From positions 6,199 to 70,198 of the forward strand of contig CAMWLR010000001.1 in the NCBI GenBank assembly GCA_947175215.1: 64,000 nt of DNA, written 5' to 3'. The notes under the pieces were generated by a model that saw only the letters and a list, made by a program, of their open reading frames with translations, had not been told where the DNA came from and did not search any database. The first letter of the stretch is position 1. Each line of letters opens with the position of its first letter. The DNA is from an uncultured Porphyromonadaceae bacterium. Its GTDB lineage: Bacteria; Bacteroidota; Bacteroidia; Bacteroidales; Muribaculaceae. The position numbers were made by a program, and so were the translations under genes. Below are positions 28,980 through 38,198 of the stretch, piece after piece.

Positions 28980-30191
28980 ATGACTCAGGATTCCATGCCT
29001 CGAAAAATCTGCATCGTCACCTCGACACGAGCCGACTGGGGGTTACTCTGCGGCGTAGCACGCAAACTGCGCGATAGCGAGATGGCCCGGTTGCAGATTA
29101 TCGCCACTAATATGCACCTCGATCCACGGTATGGAATGACTGTCAACGAGATTATTGATGACGGGTTTGAGATCGATGAGAGGGTCGAGATGAATGCCCC
29201 TACCGACTCGACTGTCGACACGGCCATTGCCACCGGCAAGTGTCTTGAGGGTATGGCCCGGGCATTTGACCGGCTCAAACCTGATATGGTGGTGATACTC
29301 GGTGACCGGTATGAGATGCTCGCCGTAGCCACTGCGGCAACCATCATGCGTATACCCATCGCCCATATCGCCGGCGGAGAGATCTCAGAGGGTGCATTTG
29401 ATGACAATATCCGCCATGCGTTGACCAAGCTCTCATCGCTGCATTTCACCGCTACCGATGCTTACCGAGAGCGCGTGATTTCGATGGGTGAAGACCCCGA
29501 GCATGTATTCAATACCGGTGCTTTAGGGGTATTCAACATCTTAAACGAACCGGTCATCCCTAAAAAAGAACTTGAGGAGTTTATCGGTCTCGACATCAAC
29601 ACCTCTACCCTGCTCGTCACACTGCATCCTGCCACCAGAGACCCCATACCGGTCGAGGAGCGGTGTGAGGCATTGTTGCAGGCTCTCGACGGATTCCAAG
29701 CATCACACGTGATCTTCACTTACCCCAACAATGATCCTGACGGAGAGATAGTCATACGCATGATTGAGGAGTACCGGCAGGCTAACCCGACACGTGTGGC
29801 CGTCGTACCCTCACTCGGACGCAGCCGCTACCTGTCGGCTCTGCATTATGTCAGTGCCGTGGTGGGTAACTCGTCGAGCGGCATAGTCGAGGTGCCGTCA
29901 ATGCACATCCCCACCGTAGACATCGGCATACGTCAGCAGGGGCGTATCGCAGCCTCGTCGGTCATACATTGCGAAGCTGAGGCTGATCAGATACATCAAG
30001 CCATCTCATATGCCCTCTCGCCGGCCGGGAAACGACTTGCTCTCGAGACCGACAACCCCTATGCCAAACGTGACACGGTCAACCGCATAGTCACCCGATT
30101 GCTGCACACCGACCTGCAAAAACTCGCGTCAAAGAAATTCATCGACCATCAGTTCAGCTTTACCACCTCCACGTCATCAGACACCAAATAA
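28980..30191 (+). CDS. neuC: Hydrolysing UDP/GDP-GlcNAc 2-epimerase (NeuC/LegG family)
   Basis: TSTRADWG, ATNMHL, VILGDRYEML, AHIAGGE.SEGAFDD.IRHA.TKLS..HF, VGNSSSGIVEVP, IGIRQQGR. Confidence 0.9.
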   Translation: MTQDSMPRKICIVTSTRADWGLLCGVARKLRDSEMARLQIIATNMHLDPRYGMTVNEIIDDGFEIDERVEMNAPTDSTVDTAIATGKCLEGMARAFDRLKPDMVVILGDRYEMLAVATAATIMRIPIAHIAGGEISEGAFDDNIRHALTKLSSLHFTATDAYRERVISMGEDPEHVFNTGALGVFNILNEPVIPKKELEEFIGLDINTSTLLVTLHPATRDPIPVEERCEALLQALDGFQASHVIFTYPNNDPDGEIVIRMIEEYRQANPTRVAVVPSLGRSRYLSALHYVSAVVGNSSSGIVEVPSMHIPTVDIGIRQQGRIAASSVIHCEAEADQIHQAISYALSPAGKRLALETDNPYAKRDTVNRIVTRLLHTDLQKLASKKFIDHQFSFTTSTSSDTK

Positions 30192-30193
30192 TC

Positions 30194-31009
30194 ATGAGCG
30201 ACACACCGACAGCCCCATCGACTCTGCGGCCGATCTTCATCATTCCCGCCCGCGGTGGCAGCAAAGGTATCCCGGGCAAGAATATCATTGATCTCGGGGG
30301 TCGCCCGCTGATTGCATACAGTATTGATGCCGCCCTCGATACCATCATGATTCTCAACGGGTCGCGCGATGAGGGAGATCTGCTTGGGCGCGAACGGATT
30401 ATAGTCTCAACTGACTCGGCCGAAATCGCCGCAAAAGCGAGCGAAGAAGGTATAGATGTACCCTTTCTCAGACCCGATTATCTCTCGACAGACTCGGCAG
30501 GGTCACGTGAAGTCATACTGCACGCGATGGAGTATGCCGACAGTCAGGGAATAGAATATGACTGCGTGGTGCTATTGCAACCTACATCGCCGTTCCGCAC
30601 AGGCAGACACACCTCCGAGGCGATATCATTGTTCCGCCCCGCAGAGACCGATATGGTCGTGTCGGTGTGCGAGACATCGTCCAACCCCTATTATAACTGC
30701 TTTGAGACTGACCCCGAAACGGGGTGGTTGCATATATCAAAGGGTGACGGGCTGCTGACACGCCGCCAGGATGCCCCCCCGGCTTGGGAATATAACGGTG
30801 CCGTTTATGTCATAGATCCGGAGGCGATACGCAGCATGCCATTGGGCGCATTCACACGCCGGTTGCCATACGTGATGAGCGCCGAAGACTCGGTAGACAT
30901 CGACACACCTCTTGATCTGACGGTAGCCCGTGCATTGCTCACCTCACGTACCCGCGACCTCGACCCCGGTGACAACTATGCCGGCGACATCAATCCTCAG
31001 CAGAGATGA
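30194..31009 (+). CDS. neuA: CMP-nonulosonate synthetase (acylneuraminate cytidylyltransferase, NeuA/LegF family)
   Basis: IIPARGGSKGIPGKN, VSTDSAEI, LLQPTSPFR, RRQDAP..W.YNGAVY, DIDTPLD. Confidence 0.9.
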   Translation: MSDTPTAPSTLRPIFIIPARGGSKGIPGKNIIDLGGRPLIAYSIDAALDTIMILNGSRDEGDLLGRERIIVSTDSAEIAAKASEEGIDVPFLRPDYLSTDSAGSREVILHAMEYADSQGIEYDCVVLLQPTSPFRTGRHTSEAISLFRPAETDMVVSVCETSSNPYYNCFETDPETGWLHISKGDGLLTRRQDAPPAWEYNGAVYVIDPEAIRSMPLGAFTRRLPYVMSAEDSVDIDTPLDLTVARALLTSRTRDLDPGDNYAGDINPQQR

Positions 31010-32085
31010 CTCGTCTCATTACCTCTTATTTCCGCGCCATGGATGCCCATATCATAAACTCACAAGTCCCGCTGCTAACCGCACTCAGCCAACTCAACAG
31101 CCTCAGTGACGGCGTGATGACACTCATCGTCACAGATAATGACAATAAAGTCACCGGTACGCTCACAGACGGGGATATCCGCCGCGCGCTCCTTGCGGGG
31201 ACTCCCCTTGATGCACCGATCTCTGAGGCTGCCCACCAAGACTTCATCTATCTTAACACCGAGGTATCTGTCGAGACGATAAAGAGTGCACGTAACAAAG
31301 GGATACGATTGCTACCCGTTATCGACAGCACCGGGAAACTTATAGAGATCATCAATCTCACAGAGACAGATACAGTGCTGCCGCTCAGCGCGATACTGAT
31401 GGCGGGCGGTAAGGGAGAACGACTCAGACCGCTCACACTCACCACCCCCAAACCATTGCTCGAAATCGACGGCATGCCGATTATCGACTATAACGTGCGC
31501 AACCTGGCACGCTCAGGCATCACCGATGTGACCGTGACCACCCGTTATATGGCAGAGAAACTGATCGATCATTTCTCAAAACCTGTATTCGGCATCGATG
31601 TAAAATGTGTCGTTGAGGAGCAACCCTTAGGCACTATCGGAGCGGCCTCGCTCGTCACACGCGACCCTTCGGGAGATACACTGGTGATGAATTCCGATCT
31701 GTTGACAACTCTTTCGCTCGAAGAAATGTTTTTATTTCATAAGGCGGAACAAGCCGACGTCACCATCGCCGCAATCCCCTACACGGTGTCGGTGCCATAC
31801 GCGATTTTGGCCACACGCGACCGCGAGGTGCTGGCTCTTGATGAGAAGCCTACATATTCATACTACGCCAACGCCGGGATATACATCTTCTCAAACAGGT
31901 TGCTCGACTCCCTTGACCGCAATGTACCGGCCGATGCCCCCGATCTGATCGAGAGAGCGATTGCCGATAATAAGAAAGTCGTATATTTCCCCATCGACGG
32001 CATCTGGATAGACATAGGTTCGCCGGCCGACTTCCGCCACGCAGAGGAGCTGATGAGGCATCACCGTGCCATGAGGCGATTCTGA
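31006..32085 (+). CDS. CBS-domain sugar-phosphate nucleotidyltransferase (PtmE-like)
   Basis: N-terminal CBS pair ([13 protein letters not shown]); [22 protein letters not shown]; EEQPLGTIG; VMNSDLL; WIDIG. The start may be the ATG at 31039. Confidence 0.85.
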   Translation: MTRLITSYFRAMDAHIINSQVPLLTALSQLNSLSDGVMTLIVTDNDNKVTGTLTDGDIRRALLAGTPLDAPISEAAHQDFIYLNTEVSVETIKSARNKGIRLLPVIDSTGKLIEIINLTETDTVLPLSAILMAGGKGERLRPLTLTTPKPLLEIDGMPIIDYNVRNLARSGITDVTVTTRYMAEKLIDHFSKPVFGIDVKCVVEEQPLGTIGAASLVTRDPSGDTLVMNSDLLTTLSLEEMFLFHKAEQADVTIAAIPYTVSVPYAILATRDREVLALDEKPTYSYYANAGIYIFSNRLLDSLDRNVPADAPDLIERAIADNKKVVYFPIDGIWIDIGSPADFRHAEELMRHHRAMRRF

Positions 32086-32119
32086 CACGACACTGTTAAA
32101 CGTTAAAAACATCTTGGTT

Positions 32120-33406
32120 ATGGCAGATTCAAACTTCATAGATTACGTCAAGATACTTTGCCGCAGCGGTAAGGGGGGCGCCGGTTCGCGTCACTTCTAT
32201 CGCGCTAAATATGTCCCCAAAGGTGGCCCTGACGGAGGCGATGGTGGCCGTGGCGGCCATGTCATACTCAAAGGCAACAAAAATATGTGGACACTGCTCC
32301 CACTAAAATACCGTCGTCATGTCTTTGCCGGTAACGGTGAGAGCGGGTCAGGAGGCCGCAGTTTCGGCAAGGACGGTGAAGATCAGATAATCGAGGTACC
32401 CTGCGGCACGGTGGTTTTCGATGCCGAGACCGGCGAATATCTGTGTGAAATCACCGAGGACGGCCAGGAGGTCAAGCTGCTCAAAGGTGGCCGTGGCGGT
32501 CTGGGTAACTGGCACTTCAAATCAGCCACAAACCGCACACCCCGCTATGCACAGCCGGGCGAACCCGCAGTCGAGCGCAGTGTCGTGCTCGAACTTAAAC
32601 TGCTTGCCGATGTCGGTCTCGTCGGCTTTCCCAATGCCGGTAAATCGACACTGCTGTCTGCCCTGTCGGCTGCCCGCCCCAAGATTGCAGATTACCCCTT
32701 CACGACAATGGAGCCCCAGCTCGGCATAGTCGAGTATCGCGGTAACCGCTCATTCGTGATGGCCGACATCCCCGGTATCATCGAGGGTGCCAGCGAGGGT
32801 AAGGGTCTGGGCCTCAGATTCCTCCGTCATATCGAACGTAATGCGGTGCTACTGTTTATGGTACCGGCTGATGCTGATGACATCGCCCGTGAGTATGAGG
32901 TGTTGCTCGAGGAGCTGCGCCGCTTTAATCCCCAGCTTATTGACAAACAGCGCGTGTTGGCCATCTCAAAGAGTGATATGCTCGATGACGAACTCAAGGC
33001 AGAGATCGAGCCGACACTCCCCGACGATGTCCCGCACGTGTTCATCTCGGCAGTCACCGGCGAGGGACTTGTGCAACTCAAGGATGTACTCTGGAAAGCC
33101 ATCAATGATGATGCAAACCGTATAGAGGAGATACCCATCACCCACCGTCCCCTCGACGGGCATCACCGTGTGCGAGAGGAGGACGAGTTTATCTTCACCC
33201 CCACCCCGACAGAGGATTATGAGGAAGCGCCCGATGCCGGCGGACGTATGCTCGACGAAGATGAGTTTGACGCCGGCGACTATGATGAATATGACTCTGA
33301 GGAGTATCCCGACGATTATGATCCCGAGGAAATCGAGGGTTATTCAGATGAGTTTGATGATCTCTATGAGGCCGATGAATACGGTCAGCCGCGCAAAAAA
33401 CGCTGA
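32120..33406 (+). CDS. obgE: GTPase ObgE/CgtA with long acidic C-terminal tail
   Basis: [51 protein letters not shown]. Start set at MADSNF (32120). Confidence 0.96.
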   Translation: MADSNFIDYVKILCRSGKGGAGSRHFYRAKYVPKGGPDGGDGGRGGHVILKGNKNMWTLLPLKYRRHVFAGNGESGSGGRSFGKDGEDQIIEVPCGTVVFDAETGEYLCEITEDGQEVKLLKGGRGGLGNWHFKSATNRTPRYAQPGEPAVERSVVLELKLLADVGLVGFPNAGKSTLLSALSAARPKIADYPFTTMEPQLGIVEYRGNRSFVMADIPGIIEGASEGKGLGLRFLRHIERNAVLLFMVPADADDIAREYEVLLEELRRFNPQLIDKQRVLAISKSDMLDDELKAEIEPTLPDDVPHVFISAVTGEGLVQLKDVLWKAINDDANRIEEIPITHRPLDGHHRVREEDEFIFTPTPTEDYEEAPDAGGRMLDEDEFDAGDYDEYDSEEYPDDYDPEEIEGYSDEFDDLYEADEYGQPRKKR

Positions 33407-33477
33407 CATCCCGGGTCACAAGATATAAGAGCGTGTTTCCCTTTAAATGAACTGTTATCGGTAAACCCGCTCTCATG

Positions 33478-33509
33478 TTTGGCAGTTTGACGAAAGTTGG
33501 CTAAATTTG
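33478..33509 (+). promoter_or_regulatory. Consensus Bacteroidetes promoter TTTG-N20-TAAATTTG upstream of ssb
   Basis: TTTG at 33478-33481 and TAAATTTG at 33502-33509. Confidence 0.65.
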
Positions 33510-33552
33510 TAGCTGCCAACATAGTGTCAAACCATCATCTCCCGCAAGACGT

Positions 33553-33915
33553 ATGTCTGTCAATAAAGTCATTCTTGTAGGCAATGTCGGGAAAAATCCC
33601 GAGATAAGATATGTAGGTCAGCGGCCGTGTGCCACTTTCTCGCTGGCCACGACCGAACGTGCCTATCGGGCCGCCAACGGCACTGATGTGCCAGAGCGTA
33701 CCGAGTGGCACAATATCGTCATGTGGGATCGCAACGCCGAGATAGCCGAGCGATATGTCACAAAAGGCACAAAACTGTATATCGAGGGGAAACTCCGCAC
33801 CCGCGACTGGCAGGATTTCAATGCCATAAACCGACGCACCACTGAGATTTATGTCGATACGTTCGACATCCTCTCGCGTCCGTCGGCCACATCTCTCCCC
33901 TCTCAATCATCTTAA
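33553..33915 (+). CDS. ssb: Single-stranded DNA-binding protein lacking the acidic C-terminal tip
   Basis: MSVNKVILVGNVGKNPEIR, FSLATTE, TEWHNIV, KGTKLYIEGKLRTR; ends ...SLPSQSS. Confidence 0.93.
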   Translation: MSVNKVILVGNVGKNPEIRYVGQRPCATFSLATTERAYRAANGTDVPERTEWHNIVMWDRNAEIAERYVTKGTKLYIEGKLRTRDWQDFNAINRRTTEIYVDTFDILSRPSATSLPSQSS

Positions 33916-33963
33916 CCCTCTCCCCCTCAGCCCAACACCGCCAATCAATCACACTTCAGATAA

Positions 33964-35988
33964 ATGAAAACAGAAAAGAATTTTCAGCCGGCCGATAACG
34001 CCGTGCCCCGCAATCCTGAGATGACACCCGAAGCCGATCCCCTGGAATTGCCTGAAAATGCGTTCCGCGAACTTGCCGCCGACGAGGAGTACCGCCCCTT
34101 GATGCACCCGGCACGCACCTACCCCGAGGTCACCGTCTACTCGGTGGTGCTCGGTCTGGTGCTCTGTATAATCTTCTCGGCCGCAGCCGCCTATCTCGGC
34201 CTTAAAGTGGGCCAGGTCTTTGAGGCCGCCATACCTATCGCCATCATCGCCGTGGGTCTCTCGGGCGCGCTCGGCAAGAAAAACGCGTTGGGTCAGAACG
34301 TCATCATACAGTCAATCGGAGCTTGCTCGGGCGTAATCGTGGCCGGTGCCATCTTTACCCTGCCGGCTCTTTACATACTGCAATCTAAATACCGCGAGAT
34401 CTCGGTCGATTTCTTCCAGATCTTCCTCAGCTCGCTGCTGGGCGGTGTGCTGGGTATCCTCTTCTTCATACCCTTCCGCAAATATTTCGTGAAGGATATG
34501 CACGGTAAATATCCCTTCCCCGAAGCCACGGCCACTACTCAGGTACTCGCCAGCGGTCAGACCGCCGGTGTCTCGGGTGGCTCTCAGGCCAAGACCCTCG
34601 TCATCGCCTCGCTCATAGGCGGTATCTATGACTATGTCGTCGAGACATTCGGATTCTGGGCCGGGACCCTCTCAACCACCGTCAGTGGCTGGGGTCAGGC
34701 CATCGCCGCCAAGACCAAACTCGTGTTGAGCTGCAACACCGGTGCGGCCGTGCTCGGTCTCGGGTACATCATCGGTCTTAAATATGCCTTTATCATCACT
34801 GCCGGTTCGCTCTTTGCATGGTGGGTGATTGTCCCCCTGATGGGAACATACGGTAACGAGCAGATAGCCGCGATGAGCCCCGACGCAATCTTCGGCAACT
34901 ATGTCAGGATGATCGGTATCGGCGGTATCGCCATGGCCGGTGTCATCGGCATCATCAAGTCCTGGCCCATCATCCGTCAGGCTGTAGGGCTGGCAGGGCG
35001 CGAATTCAAAGGGGGCGCAGCCGACGCCGCCAAGCCCGTGCGCTGGCAGCTCGACATCTCGATGAAACATATCGTGTTCTTTATCGCCATCGCCCTGATC
35101 GCAGTGCTGCTGTTCTTCTGGTTCGGCGTCATCCACAACTGGTGGCAGGCTCTGGTGGCATGGATTGTGGTGACATTCATTGCATTCCTCTTTACAACCG
35201 TGGCGGCCAATGCCATCGCCATCGTCGGCTCTAACCCCGTGTCGGGTATGACCCTGATGACCCTGATCATCGCCTCGGCTATCTTTGTCGCAATAGGCCT
35301 TAAAGGCACATCAGGTATTGTCGCCTCAATGGTCATCGGTGGGGTCGTCTGCACCGCCCTCTCTATGGCAGGCGGCTTTGTGACCGACCTCAAGGTAGGT
35401 TACTGGCTCGGCACGACACCCAAAAAGCAGGAGCAGTGGAAATTTCTCGGTACGCTCGTCTCGGCGGCTACTGTCGGCGGTGTTATCCTCGTGCTCAATC
35501 AGGTTTACGGCTTCAACCCCGATGATCCCAATGCACTTGTCGCTCCGCAGGCCAACGCCATGGCCAAGGTGATCGAACCGCTGATGATGGGTGGAGACAC
35601 CCCCTGGATTCTCTATATGGTCGGTGTCATCCTCGCCCTGCTGCTCAACTGGCTCGAAGTGCCAGTGTTAGCATTCTGTCTGGGTATGTTTATCCCCCTG
35701 TCGCTCAACACCCCGCTGCTGGTAGGCGGTGCCATCGCCTGGTTTGTGTCACACTCATCTAAAGAGAAATCGATCAACGACAGCCGTCGTGACCGCGGTA
35801 CACTCATCGCCTCAGGCCTCATTGCCGGCGGTGCACTCTTCGGTGTATTTGCCGCCCTTACCCGATTCTGCGGCTTTGAGTATACTTGTCAGCTTGATGC
35901 CGGCACATTGCAGATTCTCGGCATAGTGGCCTACGTTGCCCTGATCGCCTACCTCTGGTTTGACTCTCTGCGTGTCAAGAAAATCTAA
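33964..35988 (+). CDS. OPT-family oligopeptide transporter
   Basis: YLGLKVGQVFEAAIPIAI, GAIFTLPAL, FPEATATT, NPVSGMTL, DLKVGYWLG.TPKKQ. Confidence 0.92.
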   Translation: MKTEKNFQPADNAVPRNPEMTPEADPLELPENAFRELAADEEYRPLMHPARTYPEVTVYSVVLGLVLCIIFSAAAAYLGLKVGQVFEAAIPIAIIAVGLSGALGKKNALGQNVIIQSIGACSGVIVAGAIFTLPALYILQSKYREISVDFFQIFLSSLLGGVLGILFFIPFRKYFVKDMHGKYPFPEATATTQVLASGQTAGVSGGSQAKTLVIASLIGGIYDYVVETFGFWAGTLSTTVSGWGQAIAAKTKLVLSCNTGAAVLGLGYIIGLKYAFIITAGSLFAWWVIVPLMGTYGNEQIAAMSPDAIFGNYVRMIGIGGIAMAGVIGIIKSWPIIRQAVGLAGREFKGGAADAAKPVRWQLDISMKHIVFFIAIALIAVLLFFWFGVIHNWWQALVAWIVVTFIAFLFTTVAANAIAIVGSNPVSGMTLMTLIIASAIFVAIGLKGTSGIVASMVIGGVVCTALSMAGGFVTDLKVGYWLGTTPKKQEQWKFLGTLVSAATVGGVILVLNQVYGFNPDDPNALVAPQANAMAKVIEPLMMGGDTPWILYMVGVILALLLNWLEVPVLAFCLGMFIPLSLNTPLLVGGAIAWFVSHSSKEKSINDSRRDRGTLIASGLIAGGALFGVFAALTRFCGFEYTCQLDAGTLQILGIVAYVALIAYLWFDSLRVKKI

Positions 35989-36005
35989 GCAGACCCTACG
36001 TCATT

Positions 36006-37304
36006 TTGAACCGCAAGATCCTACGCCTGGCGATCCCCTCGATTGCCGCTAACATAACCACTCCCCTGCTGGCCCTGGTGGACACCGCCATCGTGGGCCA
36101 TCTGGGGAGTGAGGTGTATATTGCCGCCATCGCCATAGGCGGTGTAATGTTCAATATGATCTACTGGCTCTTCTCATTTCTGCGCGGGGGCACGTCGGGT
36201 ATCGCGGCGCAGGCTTACGGAGCGGGTGACACCAAAGCGACAACCCTCGTGCTGCGACGCTCGCTGATACTCGCGGTGATGATCGGTATACTGATAATTC
36301 TGTTGCAATACCCCCTCTATCTACTGCTGAGCGACCTGTTGCACCCCGACTCTGTCACTGAGACACTGAGCGCGCAATATTTCAGCATACTGATTTTCGG
36401 AGCACCGGCTGTCTTGGGTAATTTCGCTCTGTCGGGATGGTTTTTAGGAATGCAGGTCTCACGTATGCTCCTGTGGGTATCACTGATAATCAACCTGGTC
36501 AATATCGCCTCAAGCCTGATACTGGTCTACCTGCTCGACATGGGTATCCCCGGCGTGGCCACCGGTACGCTTATCGCCCAGTGGACGGGCTTCGGTGCCG
36601 GCTTCCTCTTCCTCAGACGTTACCGTCAGGTATCGGTGACTATCGCCGAAATATTACATCTCGATCAGCTCAAACGATTCTTCAGAGTCAATATAGATGT
36701 CATGCTGCGCACAATCTGCCTGATAGCCGTGACCATGTGGTTTACGCGCACCGGCGCGCAGCAGGGAACACTCATACTGGCAGTCAATACCTTACTGATG
36801 CAGCTGTTTATTCTGTTCTCGTATATGATGGATGGATTTGCCTTTGCCGGTGAGGCACTTGTCGGCCGATTTGTCGGTGACCGTGATTACCGATCAATGA
36901 AACTATGTGTCAGACAGCTGTTTATGTGGGGAATACTCTGGGCAGCTCTGTTCACCACACTTTATTTCGTTGGTGGCGAGGGGTTTCTCAGACTCCTCAG
37001 CGATGACGGTGACGTGATAACCGCCTCACATGAGTATTATCTGTGGGCGGTGACAGTGCCGTTTGCCGGCTTTGCGGCGTTTGCATGGGACGGCGTCTTT
37101 ATCGGTGCGACAATGACCCGAGGCCTGTTGATCTCGATGGTCGGGGCGATGACGGTATTCTTCGTCACCTACCTTATCAGTTTCCAGTCAATGGGAAATC
37201 ACGGGCTATGGCTTGCATTTATCCTCTATCTGCTTACCCGAGGATTATTACAGACCGTCATCTTCATGCGGCATACCCCGGGCTCAACATCCGTCGCCAA
37301 TTAA
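36006..37304 (+). CDS. MATE-family efflux transporter (DinF-like)
   Basis: ILRLAIPSIAANITTPLL.LVDTAIVGHLG; GWFLGMQ; YMMDGFAFAGEALVG; FAWDGVFIGAT. TTG start. Confidence 0.92.
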   Translation: MNRKILRLAIPSIAANITTPLLALVDTAIVGHLGSEVYIAAIAIGGVMFNMIYWLFSFLRGGTSGIAAQAYGAGDTKATTLVLRRSLILAVMIGILIILLQYPLYLLLSDLLHPDSVTETLSAQYFSILIFGAPAVLGNFALSGWFLGMQVSRMLLWVSLIINLVNIASSLILVYLLDMGIPGVATGTLIAQWTGFGAGFLFLRRYRQVSVTIAEILHLDQLKRFFRVNIDVMLRTICLIAVTMWFTRTGAQQGTLILAVNTLLMQLFILFSYMMDGFAFAGEALVGRFVGDRDYRSMKLCVRQLFMWGILWAALFTTLYFVGGEGFLRLLSDDGDVITASHEYYLWAVTVPFAGFAAFAWDGVFIGATMTRGLLISMVGAMTVFFVTYLISFQSMGNHGLWLAFILYLLTRGLLQTVIFMRHTPGSTSVAN

Positions 37305-37329
37305 AACACCCGCGTCCTGTCCCTGCCGG

Positions 37330-38145
37330 CTACTCATTGAAGAGTTCCTGAATACGCTCTTTTGATACACCGTAACGCATCGCCAAGGCTGCATCAGCCT
37401 TAGCGGCATCGTTACTGTATTGCAGCCGATGCAGATACGCGCGGCAGTAATACAGTTCGCCATCCTCCGGATTGAGTTCGAGACCGCGTCCTATATCGTC
37501 TGATGCCTCGGCCAGATCACCTTTAGCGAGACGGCACATAGCTCGACCGGTATAATACTCAGCCTTCTCGACTTTCTTGAGCAGCCGGTTATAAAAGGAG
37601 ATAGACTCATCGTAATCGCCACGGTTACTGTACATCACCGCCATGACAAGCAGTGATTGCGGGTCATCGGGTTTGAGCCTCAACAACATATCGTAGTCGG
37701 CTCTCGCACCCGCCGAGTCACCCTTGATATACCGCAGATAGCCGCGGTTAAAGTAAGCGTCAGAGTTGATCGAGTCCATCGCTATGATCTTGTCATAATC
37801 TTTCATCGCGTCATCGCTGCGACCCATGTGTGACAGCACTTTGGCGCGGTTCTTGAGGATAACCGTCGATGCGGGGGCTATCGCGCGAGCCTCTGAGAGC
37901 GTATGCAGGGCAAGTGAGTCCTCACCGCGGTAAAACTGAAACATCCCCACATTTGAGAGGAGCATCACGTTCTGAGGATTAGAGGGTTGTGACCTCATTG
38001 CCTCGCACAGCAGTTCCTCGGCGCGTAACCAGTCTTGTTTGGCAACGGCCTCATCAGCCAACTCTATATATTTGAGATAATTGTCTGCCATAACCAGCAG
38101 CGATGCAGCAATTAATGCCGCAATCGATATGAATAATTTTTTCAT
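37330..38145 (-). CDS. Secreted tetratricopeptide-repeat protein
   Basis: Signal peptide; repeated TPR consensus (AYFNRGYL...GARADYD; YYTGRAMCRLAKGDLAEASDDI). Confidence 0.85.
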   Translation of the reverse strand: MKKLFISIAALIAASLLVMADNYLKYIELADEAVAKQDWLRAEELLCEAMRSQPSNPQNVMLLSNVGMFQFYRGEDSLALHTLSEARAIAPASTVILKNRAKVLSHMGRSDDAMKDYDKIIAMDSINSDAYFNRGYLRYIKGDSAGARADYDMLLRLKPDDPQSLLVMAVMYSNRGDYDESISFYNRLLKKVEKAEYYTGRAMCRLAKGDLAEASDDIGRGLELNPEDGELYYCRAYLHRLQYSNDAAKADAALAMRYGVSKERIQELFNE

Positions 38146-38198
38146 CTCTGTTTGTCGATGTAAATCTAAGATTGTCGTATAATTTAGATAAAAAGTAT

